Below are positions 1 to 12,817 of a DNA stretch of 64,000 nucleotides, piece after piece (positions within the stretch are counted from its first letter, which is position 1; each line of letters starts with the position of its first letter). This DNA is from Octopus bimaculoides. Lineage: Eukaryota. Where the stretch lies: NCBI RefSeq assembly GCF_001194135.2, contig NC_069004.1, forward strand, positions 20,220,599 to 20,284,598, given 5' to 3'. A model generated the notes under the pieces. The model did no database searches. It had not been told where the DNA came from and worked only from the letters and a program-made list of their open reading frames with translations. The position numbers were made by a program, and so were the translations under genes.

Positions 1-2550
1 TGCACCGTGAGGACCAAAGACTTGAGGTATTTTGTGTTGCAAGACAGTGTGTGAGAGAGAAATGTGTCCGCATGGATGATGGTTCACTTGCACTAAATGA
101 GGCTGCAAAGAGAGAGGTTTGGAGTTGCCACCATGAAAGGTTGCTCAATAAAGAGAATGAATGAGAGAAAGAGTGTCTGCTGAATGTCGACCCAACAGAG
201 GGACCAGCTATCCGAATTGACAGTACCTTGGTAGATAAAGCAATTAAGAGTATGAAGACAGGGAAAGCCCCCAGCCCATCAGGAATCACTGCAGAGATGC
301 TCAAAATATCTAGCAATGTTGGCTATAGCCTAGTCACCCATATAGTTAACCAGGTGATATATGAAGTCAACTGCTACAAAGGTAAAGGTGACGCTTTAGA
401 CAAACAATCACATAGGTATCCAGTTGTTGGATCAGGTAATGAAAGTCATGGAGAGGGTCATAGCCCAACTAATTAGGGAGAGAGTTTAGATTTGTGCCTG
501 GGAAAAGCACCACTGATGCTATATTTCTGGTAAGACAGCTGCAGGAGAACTACCTAGCCACAGATAAACCTCTGTANNNNNNNNNNAGGAATCACTGCAG
601 AGATGCTCAAAATATCTAGCAATGTTGGCTATAGCCTAGTCACCCATATAGTTAACCAGGTGATATATGAAGTCAACTGCTACAAAGGTAAAGGTGACGC
701 TTTAGACAAACAATCACATAGGTATCCAGTTGTTGGATCAGGTAATGAAAGTCATGGAGAGGGTCATAGCCCAACTAATTAGGGAGAGAGTTTAGATTTG
801 TGCCTGGGAAAAGCACCACTGATGCTATATTTCTGGTAAGACAGCTGCAGGAGAACTACCTAGCCACAGATAAACCTCTGTACCTGGCTTTCGTTGACAT
901 GGAGAAAGCCTTTGACAGGGGCCCTCGATCCCTTATCTGGTGGTCAATGAGGAAACTAGGGATAGATGAATGGTTAGTGAGAGCCATGTACAGGTACGCT
1001 ATCAGTAAGATGAGGGTTGGCAACGAGTACAGTGAGGAATTCCAGGTAGAGGCAGGGGTCCATCAAGGTTCAGTCCTCAGGCGCCTCTTATTTATCATAG
1101 TTCTCCAGGCAATAACAGAGGAATTCAAGACAGGATGCCCCTGGGAGCTCCTCTATGCTGATGACCTTGCTCTAAATGCTGAGTCACTATCAGAACTAGA
1201 GAAGTTTAAGGTGTGGAAGCAAGGATTAGAATCGAAGGGCCTTAGAGCCAGCCTAGCTAAGACCTCAGTCCTAATAAGTAGGAAGGCAGATAAACCACAA
1301 ATCCCTTCAGGTAGATGGCCCTGCTCAATCTGTAGAAAAGGCGTAGGTAGAAACTCCACAAGATGTACCCAGTGTAAGCTATGGACACATAAGAGGTGCA
1401 GCAATATCAAAGGAAGGCTAATTGGGAAGACAGTTTTTGTATGTGGCAGATGCTCAGGAGCAATAAATACTAAAAATGTGCAGAGAACAACTTCTACAAC
1501 ATTCCAGGGAGAAAAACTCGAAGTAGTTGATNNNNNNNNNNNNNNNNNNNNNNNNNNNNNNNNNNNNNNNNNNNNNNNNNNNNNNNNNNNNNNNNNNNNN
1601 NNNNNNNNNNNNNNNNNNNNNNNNNGGGCTGAAAGTGTAGCTGCCAGAATAAGAATAGTCTGGTCACAGTTCAGAGAGCTCTTACCTCTGCTGGTGACAA
1701 AGGGCTTCTCACTCTGAGTAAAAGGTACACTGTATGACGCATGTGCATGAATAGCCATACTATATGGCAGTGAAACATGGGCCGTGACTGCTGAGGACAT
1801 GCATAAGCTTGCAAGGAATGAAGCCAGTATGCTCCACTGGATGCCTAATGTCAGTGTGCATACTTGACAGAGTGTAAGTACCTTGAGAGAAAAGTTGGAC
1901 CCAAGAAGCATCAGATGTGGTGTGCAAGAGAGATGACTGCGCTGTTATGGTCATGGGGCGAGAATGGATGAGGATAGCTGTGTGAAAAAGTGCCACACCC
2001 TAGCAGTTGAGGGAACCTGTGGATGAGGTAGTGAAGCATGACCTTCAAACATTAGACTTCACCGAGGCAATGACTAGTGACTTAGGAAATATGCTGTATT
2101 TGAGAAGACCTGGCAAGTCAAGTGAGACCATAACCCGTGGCCCATGCTAGCGGTGTAGCCAGTCCACTTATGCATACCTTTCCTAACTGCCTGCGAAGAC
2201 CTGTTGAGGCAGGTGAAATCAAAATCAAATTCCATGACTCGCATCTGTGCTAGTGGAGTGCTAAGAGCACCATCCGAGCGTGATCATTGCCAGAGCAGCG
2301 GACTAGCTTCTCTGCTGGTAGCATGTAAAAAGCACCATTCAAGCATGATCGTTACCAAGACCGCCTTACTGGCACGTGAAAAAATATTCAAGCGAGGTCG
2401 TTGCCAGTGCCGTTGGACTGGCTCCTGTGCAGGTGGCACGTAAAAGCACCCACTACACTCTCAGAGTGGTTGGCATTAGGAAGGGCATCCAGCTGTAGAA
2501 ACTCTGCCAGATCAGATTGGAGCCTGGTGCAACGATCTGGTTTGCCACAT
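1..2550 (+). mobile_element. RTE-clade LINE, 5' end outside window; decayed RT ORF plus 3' UTR
   Basis: ORFs 228-476 and 800-1717 give KMKTGKAPSPSG, PGKSTTDAIF, FVDMEKAFD, GVHQGSVL, LLYADDLAL, then a PHD-like CSIC..C..C..WTHKRC..CGRC insert. RGRP-type C-terminus near 2000-2120; 3' UTR repeats and GGAAGGGCATCCAGCTGTAGAAAC tail to ~2550. Stops, deletions and N gaps present. Confidence 0.9.
281..882. other. Probable assembly artefact: 296-bp segment duplicated across a 10-N gap
   Basis: 281-576 is repeated at 587-882 with N at 577-586 between the copies. Confidence 0.8.
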
Positions 2551-2799
2551 TCGCATTCGCCTCTATTTTCATTAATGATAATCTAATAATAGCTGTATAA
2601 CTTTGATATGAGACACAATTTGATTTTGTGTTGAATATATGCATGCTATTACACAAAATAACAAAATACCAATATAATTTTTTTTTTATGAAGTGATTTT
2701 GTTGGTATGGCTACTTGGAACGCTATAAGCCTTACAATAATAACTATGTGATCAGTGCTATATCTAGCACACTAAAAAGATAGTTTTTAATGAGCTTTC

Positions 2800-3839
2800 A
2801 TTTATATATAATATGCAAATGAAAAAGAAAATTTAGCAGCAAAGGCACAACAGCAGAGAGAAAAACGGGCAACTGAATCAGATAAAACCAAGGCAAAGCG
2901 ATCGAAACAGATGCTTGAATATACACAGAGTCATAGACATGATTCTGTTACTGCTACACATGACCAACTGGTTAGGGTATCTTGAGAGGAGAATATTCTA
3001 CTTCAAAATAATGGTGTCAGATAACAAATTATTGATGCAACACTAAAGAGATCTTTTCTTTGCAATCATGTTGAAGTAGTGGAGTTGACAACCAGTCTAA
3101 GACTTCTTACAGAAGGTCATTCTGATGAAAGAGAGTTTGCTAATTACTTTCTTGATGTAGGAAATGGTAACGTATCTGTTGAACAAAGCCTAGGTGAATT
3201 TAAAATCAAACTNNNNNNNNNNNNNNNNNNNNNNNNNNNNNNNNNNNNNNNNNNNNNNNNNNNNNNNNNNNNNNNNNNNNNNNNNNNNNNNNNNNNNNNN
3301 NNNNNNNNNNNNNNNNNNGGCTTGCAAATAGAACCATCGTTACTCCAACAAAAGAAACGGCACAATTTGTGAATAATTTCTGTTGACCAGGATCCCTGGT
3401 GAACTAAAAAATATACAGAAGCTCAGATACAGTTGACAATGAAACACTGTGCCCAATCGAGTTCATCAACAAACTTACACCATCAGGGTTTCCACCACAT
3501 TCTCAAACTGAAGAAAAAATGATGCATAATGCTTCTGAGAAATTTAGATGCTACTAATGGACATTGCAATGGTACACACTACATCATTGTCAGTTTACAT
3601 TATTATGTTATTGAGGCTGAGGTTGCTTCTTGTCCGTATGCAGGATCAACTCTGCTAATCCCAAGAATACCACATGCATCTCAAGAAATGGAATTTCCAT
3701 TTACATGCAAACAATTTGTCAAGCCAGCTTTTGCCTTGACATGCAACAAGGCAACAGGGACAGACTTTTGAACAAATTGGAATATAACTTCCGACACAAT
3801 TCTTCTCACATGGTCAGCTGTATGTTGCATTATCTAGAG
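2800..3839 (+). mobile_element. Helitron remnant: PIF1-like helicase fragments, internally deleted
   Basis: Translations IIDATLKRSFLCNHVEVVELTTSLR..FANYFLDVGNG, LTPSGFPPH, IMLLRNLDATNGHCNGT, LLIPRIP, PAFALTCNK and FSHGQLYVALSR match PIF1/Helitron helicase motifs. Basic repeat-like peptide at ~2820-2960. Confidence 0.85.
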
Positions 3840-5140
3840 CAGTGGTTCCCAACCTTTTTCAGTCCAGGGACCATTTTTTACTTGAAAAAATTTCTAGAGA
3901 CCACTTCAACTTTTACTTTATGCTGCATATCATAATCAATTTTAATGAACTCATTTAGCCTTAGTCTGATATTTCCTCTGCTGCTGACATTTAATTTATT
4001 TCTTTTTCTACTTAAAATATCTACAACAGCTGAAAATGCATATTCCATCATCCATGTGGTAGGGAAAGAAATGATGCTTGCTTCTACATGGCGAAAAATA
4101 TTTGGGTGTGAGTTCTTTATCGATATGTAGGCAGACACCTCTTCTGACCCTTCTTCTTAGTTTCATATTTTCTTCAAATCCAACTTTTCAGCCAACTCAA
4201 AAATTTTATCTCCTGGAGTGGATACTCTATCTTCAATAAATTATTGTATCTTCTCTCAAAGTCTACATGAAGACCTTTAAGATGGGCAATGCATTCTAAT
4301 GTAGGAACAGTGGTGTTAAAATTTCGAAATGATGCCAATTTTTTTTCAAACTGTTTTTTTCCAAAATTTTAATTTCCCCATATACCCATTTATCTTCTGA
4401 GAACAGGTGACCAAATCTGATTTTCTACATTGCAGCTCTAAGTTAAGCAGATTCATTGTTTTAAAAAGATCACTCCAGTAGAATATTTTTGATTTAAACT
4501 CAGAAAGTCTTTCCAAAATTTTCTTAGCTTTATCAGCTTGCTCCTTGGAGTTGTAATGAGTCATCTGACTCGAGAACATGAGAATGTCTGAGTAAAGAAG
4601 TATTGCTCAGGATATGTTCTTCTCTCACATCAGAAAGCTCATTTAAGTTCACTAGATGGCTTGGAGCATTGTCTAAAAGGAACAATGCTTTGTTGGAATT
4701 ATGTCATTTCTACAAAAGGTGAAAATGTAAACCACTCTTCTTATCTGAATGCCAAATAAGAGTTAGATTAAATTGTGTAACCCTTGAAAGCCCATGGATT
4801 TTCAGTGATACATGAGCAGGGCTTTAATTTCATATCACCAGTGTCACTTCCTCAAAGATGAATCAGGCTTCTTTGAAGCTTTAAATTGTAGTGTTGATTT
4901 TTCTTCAAGAAATAAAACGTTCTAGCAGTGTATGATTCCAGAAAAGTGCAGCTTGTTTCAGCAATCATTTTCTTCAGCTGTTTAGCATAATTAGTAGCAG
5001 TATCTGTATCAACATAGAAAGTCTTGTCATTGTGTGTTGTGCAAATTCAAGTACTGGTTAAACCTTTCAAACCAGCTTTCATCAGAAATCTAGTTGTAGA
5101 AAGTTAAATGACAAACATATTTAAGGAAAAAAGATATTGA
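3840..5140 (-). mobile_element. hAT (Buster/Charlie-type) DNA transposon remnant with one intact terminus
   Basis: Begins CAGTGGTTCCCAACCTTTT at 3840, preceded by 8-mer ATCTAGAG with central TA. Minus-strand peptides FPTTWMMEYAFSAVVDILSRKRNKL (3878-4138) and DLFKTMNLLNLELQ..SQKINGYMGKLKFWK (4346-4579) resemble the SCAND3/ZBED/Buster transposase C-terminus. Confidence 0.8.
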
Positions 5141-5145
5141 GTAGG

Positions 5146-5367
5146 CTTGCTAACATTCTACACCAGATTACTGTTACATGTAATATTTATTTATTCATGC
5201 TTTGATTTAAGTATGCATTACCTTGTAGCTTTGAGATGTTGATGATGTGATTGCATATTTTAGAATGACATTGTAGGTAGGTGAGAGAGGCCAAATTCAG
5301 CCAGTTTGAACATAAAACAGGCAGACTATTTGGCCTGGATATAGCCAGTTTAAATGCTAAAGGGCTA
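5146..5367. mobile_element. Small non-autonomous repeat, piggyBac-like MITE (degenerate)
   Basis: Ends AATGCTAAAGGG(CTAG), the reverse complement of a CCCTTTAGCATT terminus. Body recalled as an abundant octopus repeat (recall only). Confidence 0.45.
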
Positions 5368-5439
5368 GATTTGTAACATATAGCACTGTGTCTTCTTTTT
5401 TGTTCCCTAATGCTGGTATCACAATAAAATGTATCCACT

Positions 5440-5600
5440 TCACTGTATAGAACTTGAGATGATAGGAAGGGAATCTAGCTGAAGAAACCAAAATGTGGTC
5501 CTCTGTTCCACTTGGGACAGCAGCAACTCAAAAATAAGAACCAACTCAGACTGTGAGGATTCAGAGGTAAAGTGATGGATAATACTGCTAATTTCTAAGT
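5440..5600 (-). CDS. Candidate coding exon of an unidentified host gene (phase-1 start, 52 codons then TGA)
   Basis: Acceptor tttactcattag|AC, then LEISSIIHHFTSESSQSELVLIFELLLSQVEQRTTFWFLQLDSLPIISSSIQ*. The other two frames close within 3 codons. No homologue recognised. Confidence 0.3.
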
Positions 5601-5611
5601 CTAATGAGTAA

Positions 5612-6760
5612 ATCATCATCATCAAACACTGCTTTCATGTTGGCATGGGTTGGACAGCTTGACTAGAGCTGGTTTGCTGAAGAGCTTCCCAGGCTCCATG
5701 TTTGTTTTGGCATGGTTTCTATAGCTGGATGTGCTTCCAAATGCCAACTACTTTACAGAGTGTACTGGGTGCACCAACACCTACAAGCCTGCAAGATGAG
5801 GAATGTTCAGCTGGAGAGGGATCCAGGGGTCAAGCTTGTATGCAAGGACAGCCATGCTTTTACTTAACTTGACATGTCTTACAGCAAATCACCAGGTGTC
5901 TTGGTCCCCTATCATCCTCTCTGTGAGTCCCAAGTCTTCCTGGGTCTACCCCTTCAACATGTTCCCTTTAAAATTTGAGATTGGCACCTCTTGATGCAGC
6001 TGTCTTCATTCATACACATTACATGGCCATACCAATTCAGTCTTCTCTCTTCAGCAATAAGAACAAGGTCATTGGTGTAGAGGAGCTCCCAAAGCCAGCC
6101 AGTCTTAAATTTTTCAGTTATAGCTTAGAGGGCCATGATAAATAAAAGGGGAGCTAAGAACCGAATCCTGGTGGACTCCTACTTGTACACTAAACCCTTC
6201 GCTATACTCCTTGGTGACTCTCACCTTACTAACAACATCCCTGTACAGTTCTCAGCTTTCACATTGCCTACCAACCGCTTTCTCCATGTCAACAAAAGCC
6301 AGATACAGGGGTTTATTTTGGGCTAAGTATTTCTCCTGCAGTTGCCTCATCAGTGGTACTTCTCCCCAGTACAAATCCAAACTGCACTTCATCTATGCTA
6401 ACTCTTCATAATTAATTGAGCTACGACCCTCTCTGCAACTTTCATCACCTGATCCAGCAATTTGATGCTTCTGTAATTATTTCTGTCTAGGGCACCACCC
6501 TTGCCTTTGTAGCAGTTGCTGCTACATCAAACATTGGATATGACTCTTGTGGACAACTTGATTGACTACACAGGTGACCAGGTCATATCCCCCACTCCAC
6601 TAGATATTTTAAGCATCTCAGTGGTGATCCCTGATGGTCTGGAAGCTTTCCTCGTCTTCATATCTTTAATTGCTTTATTTACTAAGCTACTGTTGATTCA
6701 GATAGCTGGCCCCTCTGTTGGGTCCACAGACGTAGTATCTAAAATAGCAAACCATCAATC
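5612..6760 (-). mobile_element. RTE LINE fragment (RT region plus 3' tail ending in (GAT)n)
   Basis: Reverse-complement similarity to the 1-2550 element (GKSTTDE, DMEKA, WELLYTNDL-like segments). (CAT)n at 5613-5623 is the tail. Confidence 0.8.
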
Positions 6761-7039
6761 TGATAATTTCTTAGTTTCAAATATATGATTAAATATAGCT
6801 TAATTGGATATCTACAAAGTATTCAGAAGTAAGGTTGCCAGATCAATGTCATAAAATTACAAAATTTTCAAAGGGTAGCAGATTGTTTTAATAGTCCAAA
6901 ATGAAAATTTTGCAAGTAACTTAAAACCCCTGTGGAGTAAATATTTTAACAGTGGTGCATGGCTGCAGTCAAATGACTGAAACAAAAAGAATACATATAA
7001 AAATTATTTGTAAGTTGGGACTAATTTATGTAGTTGTAA

Positions 7040-7420
7040 ATGGGATTTCTTGACATTTAAAAAATTAAAAATCTGAAGGGAATTTGGGGGAAGGGGCAGA
7101 CCCAGGAAGACACAGGACAAAACACTGAAGTCAAAACGCTGAGCCTTACAAAGGAGCTGACAGAGGACTGAGATATGTACATCATAACAGAATTGATATC
7201 CTAAAACCAAGGTGCCATGTAAAAGAGTATTGGTGTGGGTGCTGGTGCCAGGTAAAATACACCCAGTACACTCTGTAATATGGTTGGCATTAGGAAGGGC
7301 ATTCAGCTGTAGAAACCAAGCTGAAACAGACTATGGAACCTGGTGTGGCATCTGGTCTAGCCAGCTTCTGTCAAGCTGTTCAACCCATGTCAGCATGGAA
7401 AATGGATGTTAAATGATGTT
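7040..7420 (+). mobile_element. RTE LINE 3' end fragment
   Basis: GRGRPRKT-like codons at ~7085-7115; tail GGAAGGGCATTCAGCTGTAGAAAC...CCCATGTCAGCATGGAAAATGGATGTTAAATGATG. Confidence 0.7.
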
Positions 7421-7670
7421 GATAGTAGAATATACAAAGAAAAGAGAAAAGTGACATGCAGTCCTGAAAAATAGTGTCATCTGTATTTCATTCTAGCAGC
7501 CCTAATCATAAGTACTGGGAATAAATGAGGTACATAGCTTGCACTATTTGCTCAGCTAACTGAATAATGTTGTATAAAGGGTTTTCTCAAGCCAGCCTTG
7601 ATCAGGCAAGCCTATGAGTAAAGGTATTTCAACTGTACCTCTCCCCTCTCTCTTTAGGGATACACAAGAT

Positions 7671-8313
7671 TACCATAAAAACCAATGTAATTTACGCATA
7701 TTTTTGCAAAAATAAAAAGACTTTAAGGGTGCGTAAATTACATGAGATCATTTCCAGAATTTTTTTTAGAAATTTTTTTGTTGTTGAAAAAAAGATGCAC
7801 AAAACGTAAACATTCGTACCTGAAGTTGACTCATTTAATGTCAGAATAGGTTTTTACAGGAAAAATAAGGGCTTAAATATAAATAACTTGACTTTTATTT
7901 GTGCTGGACGGTATAATGCTTACTTTTTCTGTATAAATTTAATTCTTAACTTTCCCTGAGATCGTGATTTGAGAAGACAAAGATCGGACATAATTTCTTG
8001 TGGATAAGAAATGTAAAATAGAGTTTATTATAAACAGCACAAACACTTTGTAATTTAATAGCTTTTAATGTGATGCTTGTTAAACAGAAATTATTTTTAT
8101 TTAATGAAAATTTAATAATATCTAATCATAAGTAAGTGAAATTATGCTAAATACAACTAAATTGAAAACCGTTTCCCCCTGGCCATATTGGCAATTCTGA
8201 AAACTTTTGAGTATGAATTTTACATGAACAGAAGCTTTTTTAATACAAATTTTATCCTGAAAATCATCTGCATAAATTACACAAGTGCACAAATTACATG
8301 GGTTTTTACAGTA
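7671..8313. mobile_element. pogo/Tigger-type non-autonomous element with TA target duplication
   Basis: Left TA-CCATAAAAACCAATGTAATTT (7671) and right AAATTACATGGGTTTTTACAG-TA (to 8313) match as inverted repeats at 18/21. Subterminal GGGTGCGTAAATTAC motif. Confidence 0.75.
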
Positions 8314-9539
8314 CATTATCCACTGTCTTTTGTCCAAAGATGGAAGACGGTATGATGCAATTTGAGAGAAATTTGTGTTATTTCAAGCAGGCTGAGCAAC
8401 CATGCAAGCTCCTCCATTTATCCATGGCAGAATGTATAGAACCACAGTAGAATAGAATTAGGTTGAACAGAAGCAATATGAAATGGATAAGAAACAAACA
8501 AAATAAATTGCTTTTGGTATATATCTAGACTGTCATTACCTTATTAATACAAAAGCACTATAAAAATTAGGTCAGGATGGCTAATAAACATAAACAGGTG
8601 GGTATCCAAAAGCCTACCTATTGGCAACTGCAAGGAAGTTGGGAACATAATGCATTGTTTATGCTGAAGACCTTGTTCTCAGTACACATTTCATTGAGCA
8701 GTAGTGAATTGAAATTTAAATGTAAACTGGATAGAGTCAGTGAACAAAATCAGGATTTAAGTACAAATTAATATTGAGAACCATAAAACTGCAGAGATGG
8801 GTATCAGGGAGATGATATAGTTCAATAAATAAGGACAGAGTAGACAAGAAGTACTAGAGCAAACTCTCAAGGTACAAGAAGGAGAGCATGAGAGGATATG
8901 GACACTTCTCTTTTCCATTGTCTTTGTTGTGTAGCAGGCTGTGTGTGTGTGCGTGCACGCACACACAACAGGTACTCTATCCCAAATATCGCAGAATGCA
9001 CTTATGCATTGAATAAAGTCAAGAGCTAAATAATTTCCAGACCTGAAGTGAAAACTCAAACATTTTTGATTGAATGCATTGATCTTCAGAATTCCAGTTA
9101 CCTTTACACAAACACTGCAACTAAACAGAATAATCTATGGAAAGGCAATTATTTGCATTGTAACTAAATGCTTCTATTTCACAGTAAAACTATGAAACCT
9201 TGTTCTGCAACAAAACAGCATGTTAAACATCTTAATTTTCGTTTCGTTATGGCCTTTACTACTATTACTGGATATCAATTTCAAATTTATCATTATAAAA
9301 AAAAATTAAGATCAACTAATGGTTCATACCATACTACCTAATTTATCATTATTTAAAAAAATATTTTTACAAGCCTGCTCCAACTTAATTCTCTTTGTTC
9401 ATATAAAAACTTTGTTATCTATCAGTACCCATAAACATTTTAAGAATCACAAGAAAAATATTTCTGCTCTGTTTTTGTCCCCTCATCCTTGAAAATATCA
9501 TGCTTCCTTTAGTACATTAGTCAAGAACTGTGGCTAATC

Positions 9540-9770
9540 TCTAAAATACATCTTAGCAATCTATCTTGGAATTCCACCAACATGTTCTTGGTGTGTAGAA
9601 GCTTTGCTTCAATAACAAATTTGTACTGCTCAGCTGGCTTCAAGTGTTAAATGTCATCTGCGATATTGAAATGCATTAAGGAACTGAAATGGCCTTGACT
9701 AAAAATTCCTCCTAACTGCTCGCTTCCTCTTACAGTTGTCATAGTTAGGTCATAAACCATTAATCTAAAT
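9540..9770 (-). pseudogene. Highly decayed hAT-like (DUF4371-type) transposase fragment
   Basis: Minus frame LMVYDLTMTTVRGSEQLGGIFSQGHFSSLMHFNIADDI*HLK loosely resembles the RGH..GNF..L..D..L..HL motif of hAT transposases. Confidence 0.3.
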
Positions 9771-10091
9771 ACTATTCAAATAATCTGAGAAATATTCTTG
9801 CACTTTTCTTACAAACCAGTATAAAAAAAATTAAAAAAAACACCCTAAATGTTTCTCAGTGTTAGAATATAACATTTGCAATATAAGTGACAAAGATACG
9901 CTAAAAATAATTTCCAAATTTAATGCTCATTCAAAAGCAAATAACTACATTAAAAGGACAACTTAGAATACTTGTATTGATATGCTCTAAAGATTTTAAT
10001 TTACAAATAATTGTAATTGAAGGTCATTATGTTTATATAGAGTAATATAAATGTAGAGTAAAAATGCTTAAAAAATTTGTATTGGATATTT

Positions 10092-10265
10092 TTGGAAAAC
10101 ATTTGCCAGGCATAGCTGTGTGTGTTAAGAAGCTTGCTTCCCAACCACATGGTTCTATGTTCAGTAACACTGCATGGCACCTTTGGCAAATGTCTTCTAC
10201 TATAGCCTTGCGCCGACCAAAGCAGATATGGTAGACGGAGACTGAAAGAATCCCATTGTATGTGT
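10092..10265 (+). mobile_element. tRNA-derived SINE (head module), decayed
   Basis: GCTGTGTG..AAGAAGCTTGCTTCCCAACCACATGGTTC..GGCACCTTTGGCAAATGTCTTCTACTATAGCC matches copies at 11693, 22213 and 33738. Confidence 0.8.
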
Positions 10266-10299
10266 TTCTTTCCCTCTCCCCTACCTCCTTTTCCCAGGT

Positions 10300-11480
10300 G
10301 CTAGGTGTTGGGCCATCGGCAACTGAACCAGCAATCCCACAGAGCTTGCTTTGTGAGGAGGGTACTTTTCTTGCTATTTGGTCACCCTGCAGGATTAAAT
10401 ATAAGGCCTGTCAAAGGGTGGATGAACTCTGAAGAGTCAACAGCCACCCAAATAAGCAACTCTCATTACTAGTTATGCTGCTTATTAAGCCCTTACCCAT
10501 TTAAGACAGCAGTGATAACAACTCTACTGCATTTTGGCAATACTCACTTAAGGGAAAGGCTTCAGAAGTAAATCTCAAGGATAAAACAGGAGCTGGAGTC
10601 CCTAAGGCAGTTTGATGTTGTAAACTATCTCATTCTGGCAACTCCCACAGGCCCATTGGTGCCAAGTCATATTGGGACCTTCCCTTCCCTTGGATAACAA
10701 TGGTGGCAGTGCTGTCCCATCACAGCCTACCTGCTCCACTGGGTGTGTAGGGCTTAAGGAAACTAACATCTTGAATTGTGAGCTGTAAACATTGCACCAA
10801 GAAAAATGAACAGACAAGCAAACAACACAAAAAAAAAAAACAGTATTCAGACTGTTGGGACATAAGGACCATGACAACTGGTCTGTCAGAGGACCTTCAA
10901 AAAGATCAGTAACACACATAAGACAACAGTGATCAACAGCAAACTTCTACAATTCCAAGTGGACATTGTAGCACTCCAGGAAATGAGGCTCCCAAATTCA
11001 GGGACCCTTCATGAAAGTGAGTATACCTTTATCTGGCAAAGGAAAGGCATAGATGAAGTCAGAGAGCATGGTATTGGCTTTGCCATGAAGAACTCTCTAC
11101 TGAAGTTGGTAGAATTCAACAATGATGGCTCAGAGCAGATACTCTCATTTTGATTGCTTATGTCTGGTGGGCTTGTCACCCTTATCAGTGCTTATGCTCC
11201 AACCCTCTATTCCTCACAAGACGCCAAGAATAAGTTTTACAATCAGCTCTCTAGAAAAACACAGGTGATCCCAAATGGAGAACAGCTGGTGCTACTTAGC
11301 AATTTCAACGCCAGAGTGGGAGCTGATCACAACTCCTGGCCAGGGTGTCTGGGTCAGTAGGGGGTTAGCAACATGAATGAAAATGGGCAATGGCTGCTTG
11401 AGCTCTGCATGCTCCATGGACTATGTGCCACCAACACCTACTTCCAGGCCAAAGCTCAACACAGGGTCTCCTGACATCAA
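10300..11480 (+). mobile_element. RTE (BovB-like) LINE 5' fragment: 5' UTR and AP-endonuclease domain
   Basis: ORFs 10929-11153 (VDIVALQEMRLPNSGTLHESEYTFIWQ..REHGIGFAMK) and 11154-11360 (TLISAYAPTL..KNKFYNQL..LLSNFNARVG) are APE endonuclease motifs. Confidence 0.85.
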
Positions 11481-11692
11481 CCCTTGCTCAGGGCACTGAC
11501 ACCACCAAGATTTGAAAACCAGTAGGGCCAGCAGAGACGTGATTTCTTTGGGAGCAGATCGATAACCTCTCGAGATTGATGGATGCCTACTACTATGTGT
11601 ATGTATGTATGTATAAAAAACACATTTGGTCAAATTTGGACATACAACAGTTTAACATAATAGCAACAATATATATATATACATATATATAT

Positions 11693-11890
11693 AGGCGCAG
11701 GAGTGGCTGTGTGGTAAGTAGCTTGCTTACCAACCACATGGTTCCGGGTTCAGTCCTACTGCGTGGCACCTTGGGCAAGTGTCTTCTACTATAGCCTCGG
11801 GCCGACCAAAGCCTTGTGAGTGGATTTGGTAGACGGAAACTGAAAAGAAGCCCGTCGTATATATGTATGTATATATATATATATATATAT
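11693..11890 (+). mobile_element. tRNA-derived SINE, young copy followed by (TA)n and a gap
   Basis: AGGCGCAGGAGTGGCTGTGTGGTAAG (A-box-like) and GGTTCAGTCC (B-box-like); CpGs retained; ends GGAAACTGAAAAGAAGCCCGTCG(TA)n. Confidence 0.85.
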
Positions 11891-12329
11891 NNNNNNNNNN
11901 NNNNNNNNNNNNNNNNNNNNNNNNNNNNNNNNNNNNNNNNNNNNNNNNNNNNNNNNNNNNNNNNNNNNNNNNNNNNNNNNNNNNNNNNNNNNNNNNNNNN
12001 NNNNNNNNNNNNNNNNNNNNNNNNNNNNNNNNNNNNNNNNNNNNNNNNNNNNNNNNNNNNNNNNNNNNNNNNNNNNNNNNNNNNNNNNNNNNNNNNNNNN
12101 NNNNNNNNNNNNNNNNNNNNNNNNNNNNNNNNNNNNNNNNNNNNNNNNNNNNNNNNNNNNNNNNNNNNNNNNNNNNNNNNNNNNNNNNNNNNNNNNNNNN
12201 NNNNNNNNNNNNNNNNNNNNNNNNNNNNNNNNNNNNNNNNNNNNNNNNNNNNNNNNNNNNNNNNNNNNNNNNNNNNNNNNNNNNNNNNNNNNNNNNNNTA
12301 TTTACCAAAATTACATAAAAATATCTTGA

Positions 12330-12817
12330 AATTACTAATGAGTAAATTTATTCAACAAAATCGCCATTGGCTTCAACCAAGCCCTCCAGACGACTGGAAT
12401 CTCCTGCAATTCTTCTTGTTTAAGTTGTTGAATGCTGCCATAATACTTGCCTTCAGTTCATTGTTGGTGTTACAAGGAGTTTTCTTGGTCTCTCACTCAA
12501 GCCACACATAATAATTGTTGTCTGGGGAGTTAGGCAGCCATATGTTAGGGGTGATGTGGTTGCAGAAATTGTCTGACAGCCATGGCTAGGTTCTCCTGCT
12601 TGTGTGGCATGGAACAGAGTCCTATTGCCAGGCATAGGATCTTCCAACAGCCACCCTCTTTCTTGACCCAGAGCAGTACCACCTCCTCCAGGCACTTGAT
12701 GTAGGCCTCCATGTTGAGTCTGAGGCCATGTGGGAAGATGAATGGAGGCATAACATTGCCATCACTAGTTATCACTCCAAACACCATGATGTTGACTGGA
12801 TGTTTGATTTTTATCAC
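12330..12817 (-). mobile_element. Tc1/mariner transposase C-terminal half (maT/DD37D-like), frameshifted
   Basis: KHPVNIMVFGVITSDGNVMPPFIFPHGLRLN..YIKCLEEVV, then QDSAPCH-like, and ITPNIWLPNSPDNNYYVW-like (WPPxSPDxNPxDY) and LEAMVEANGDF-like ends. Confidence 0.8.

Noticed and set aside
281-882. Apparent tandem duplication of RT sequence (also 30720-30907)
   Set aside because: Identical copies separated by exactly 10 N indicate unmerged contig overlaps, not biology.
8757-9045. Good minus-strand acceptor (ttttcacttcag) with a 100-aa ORF
   Set aside because: The ORF runs through a (GT)n microsatellite, other frames stop within 8 codons, and there is no convincing donor. At most a UTR exon.
10300-10800. 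Possible HDV-like ribozyme in RTE 5' UTRs (also 49850-50100)
   Set aside because: Such ribozymes are known in RTE elements, but I could not build the fold by eye. A covariance or RNAMotif search is needed.
11693-11790. tRNA gene
   Set aside because: It has A/B-box-like motifs but no cloverleaf and continues into SINE body; it is multi-copy in the window.
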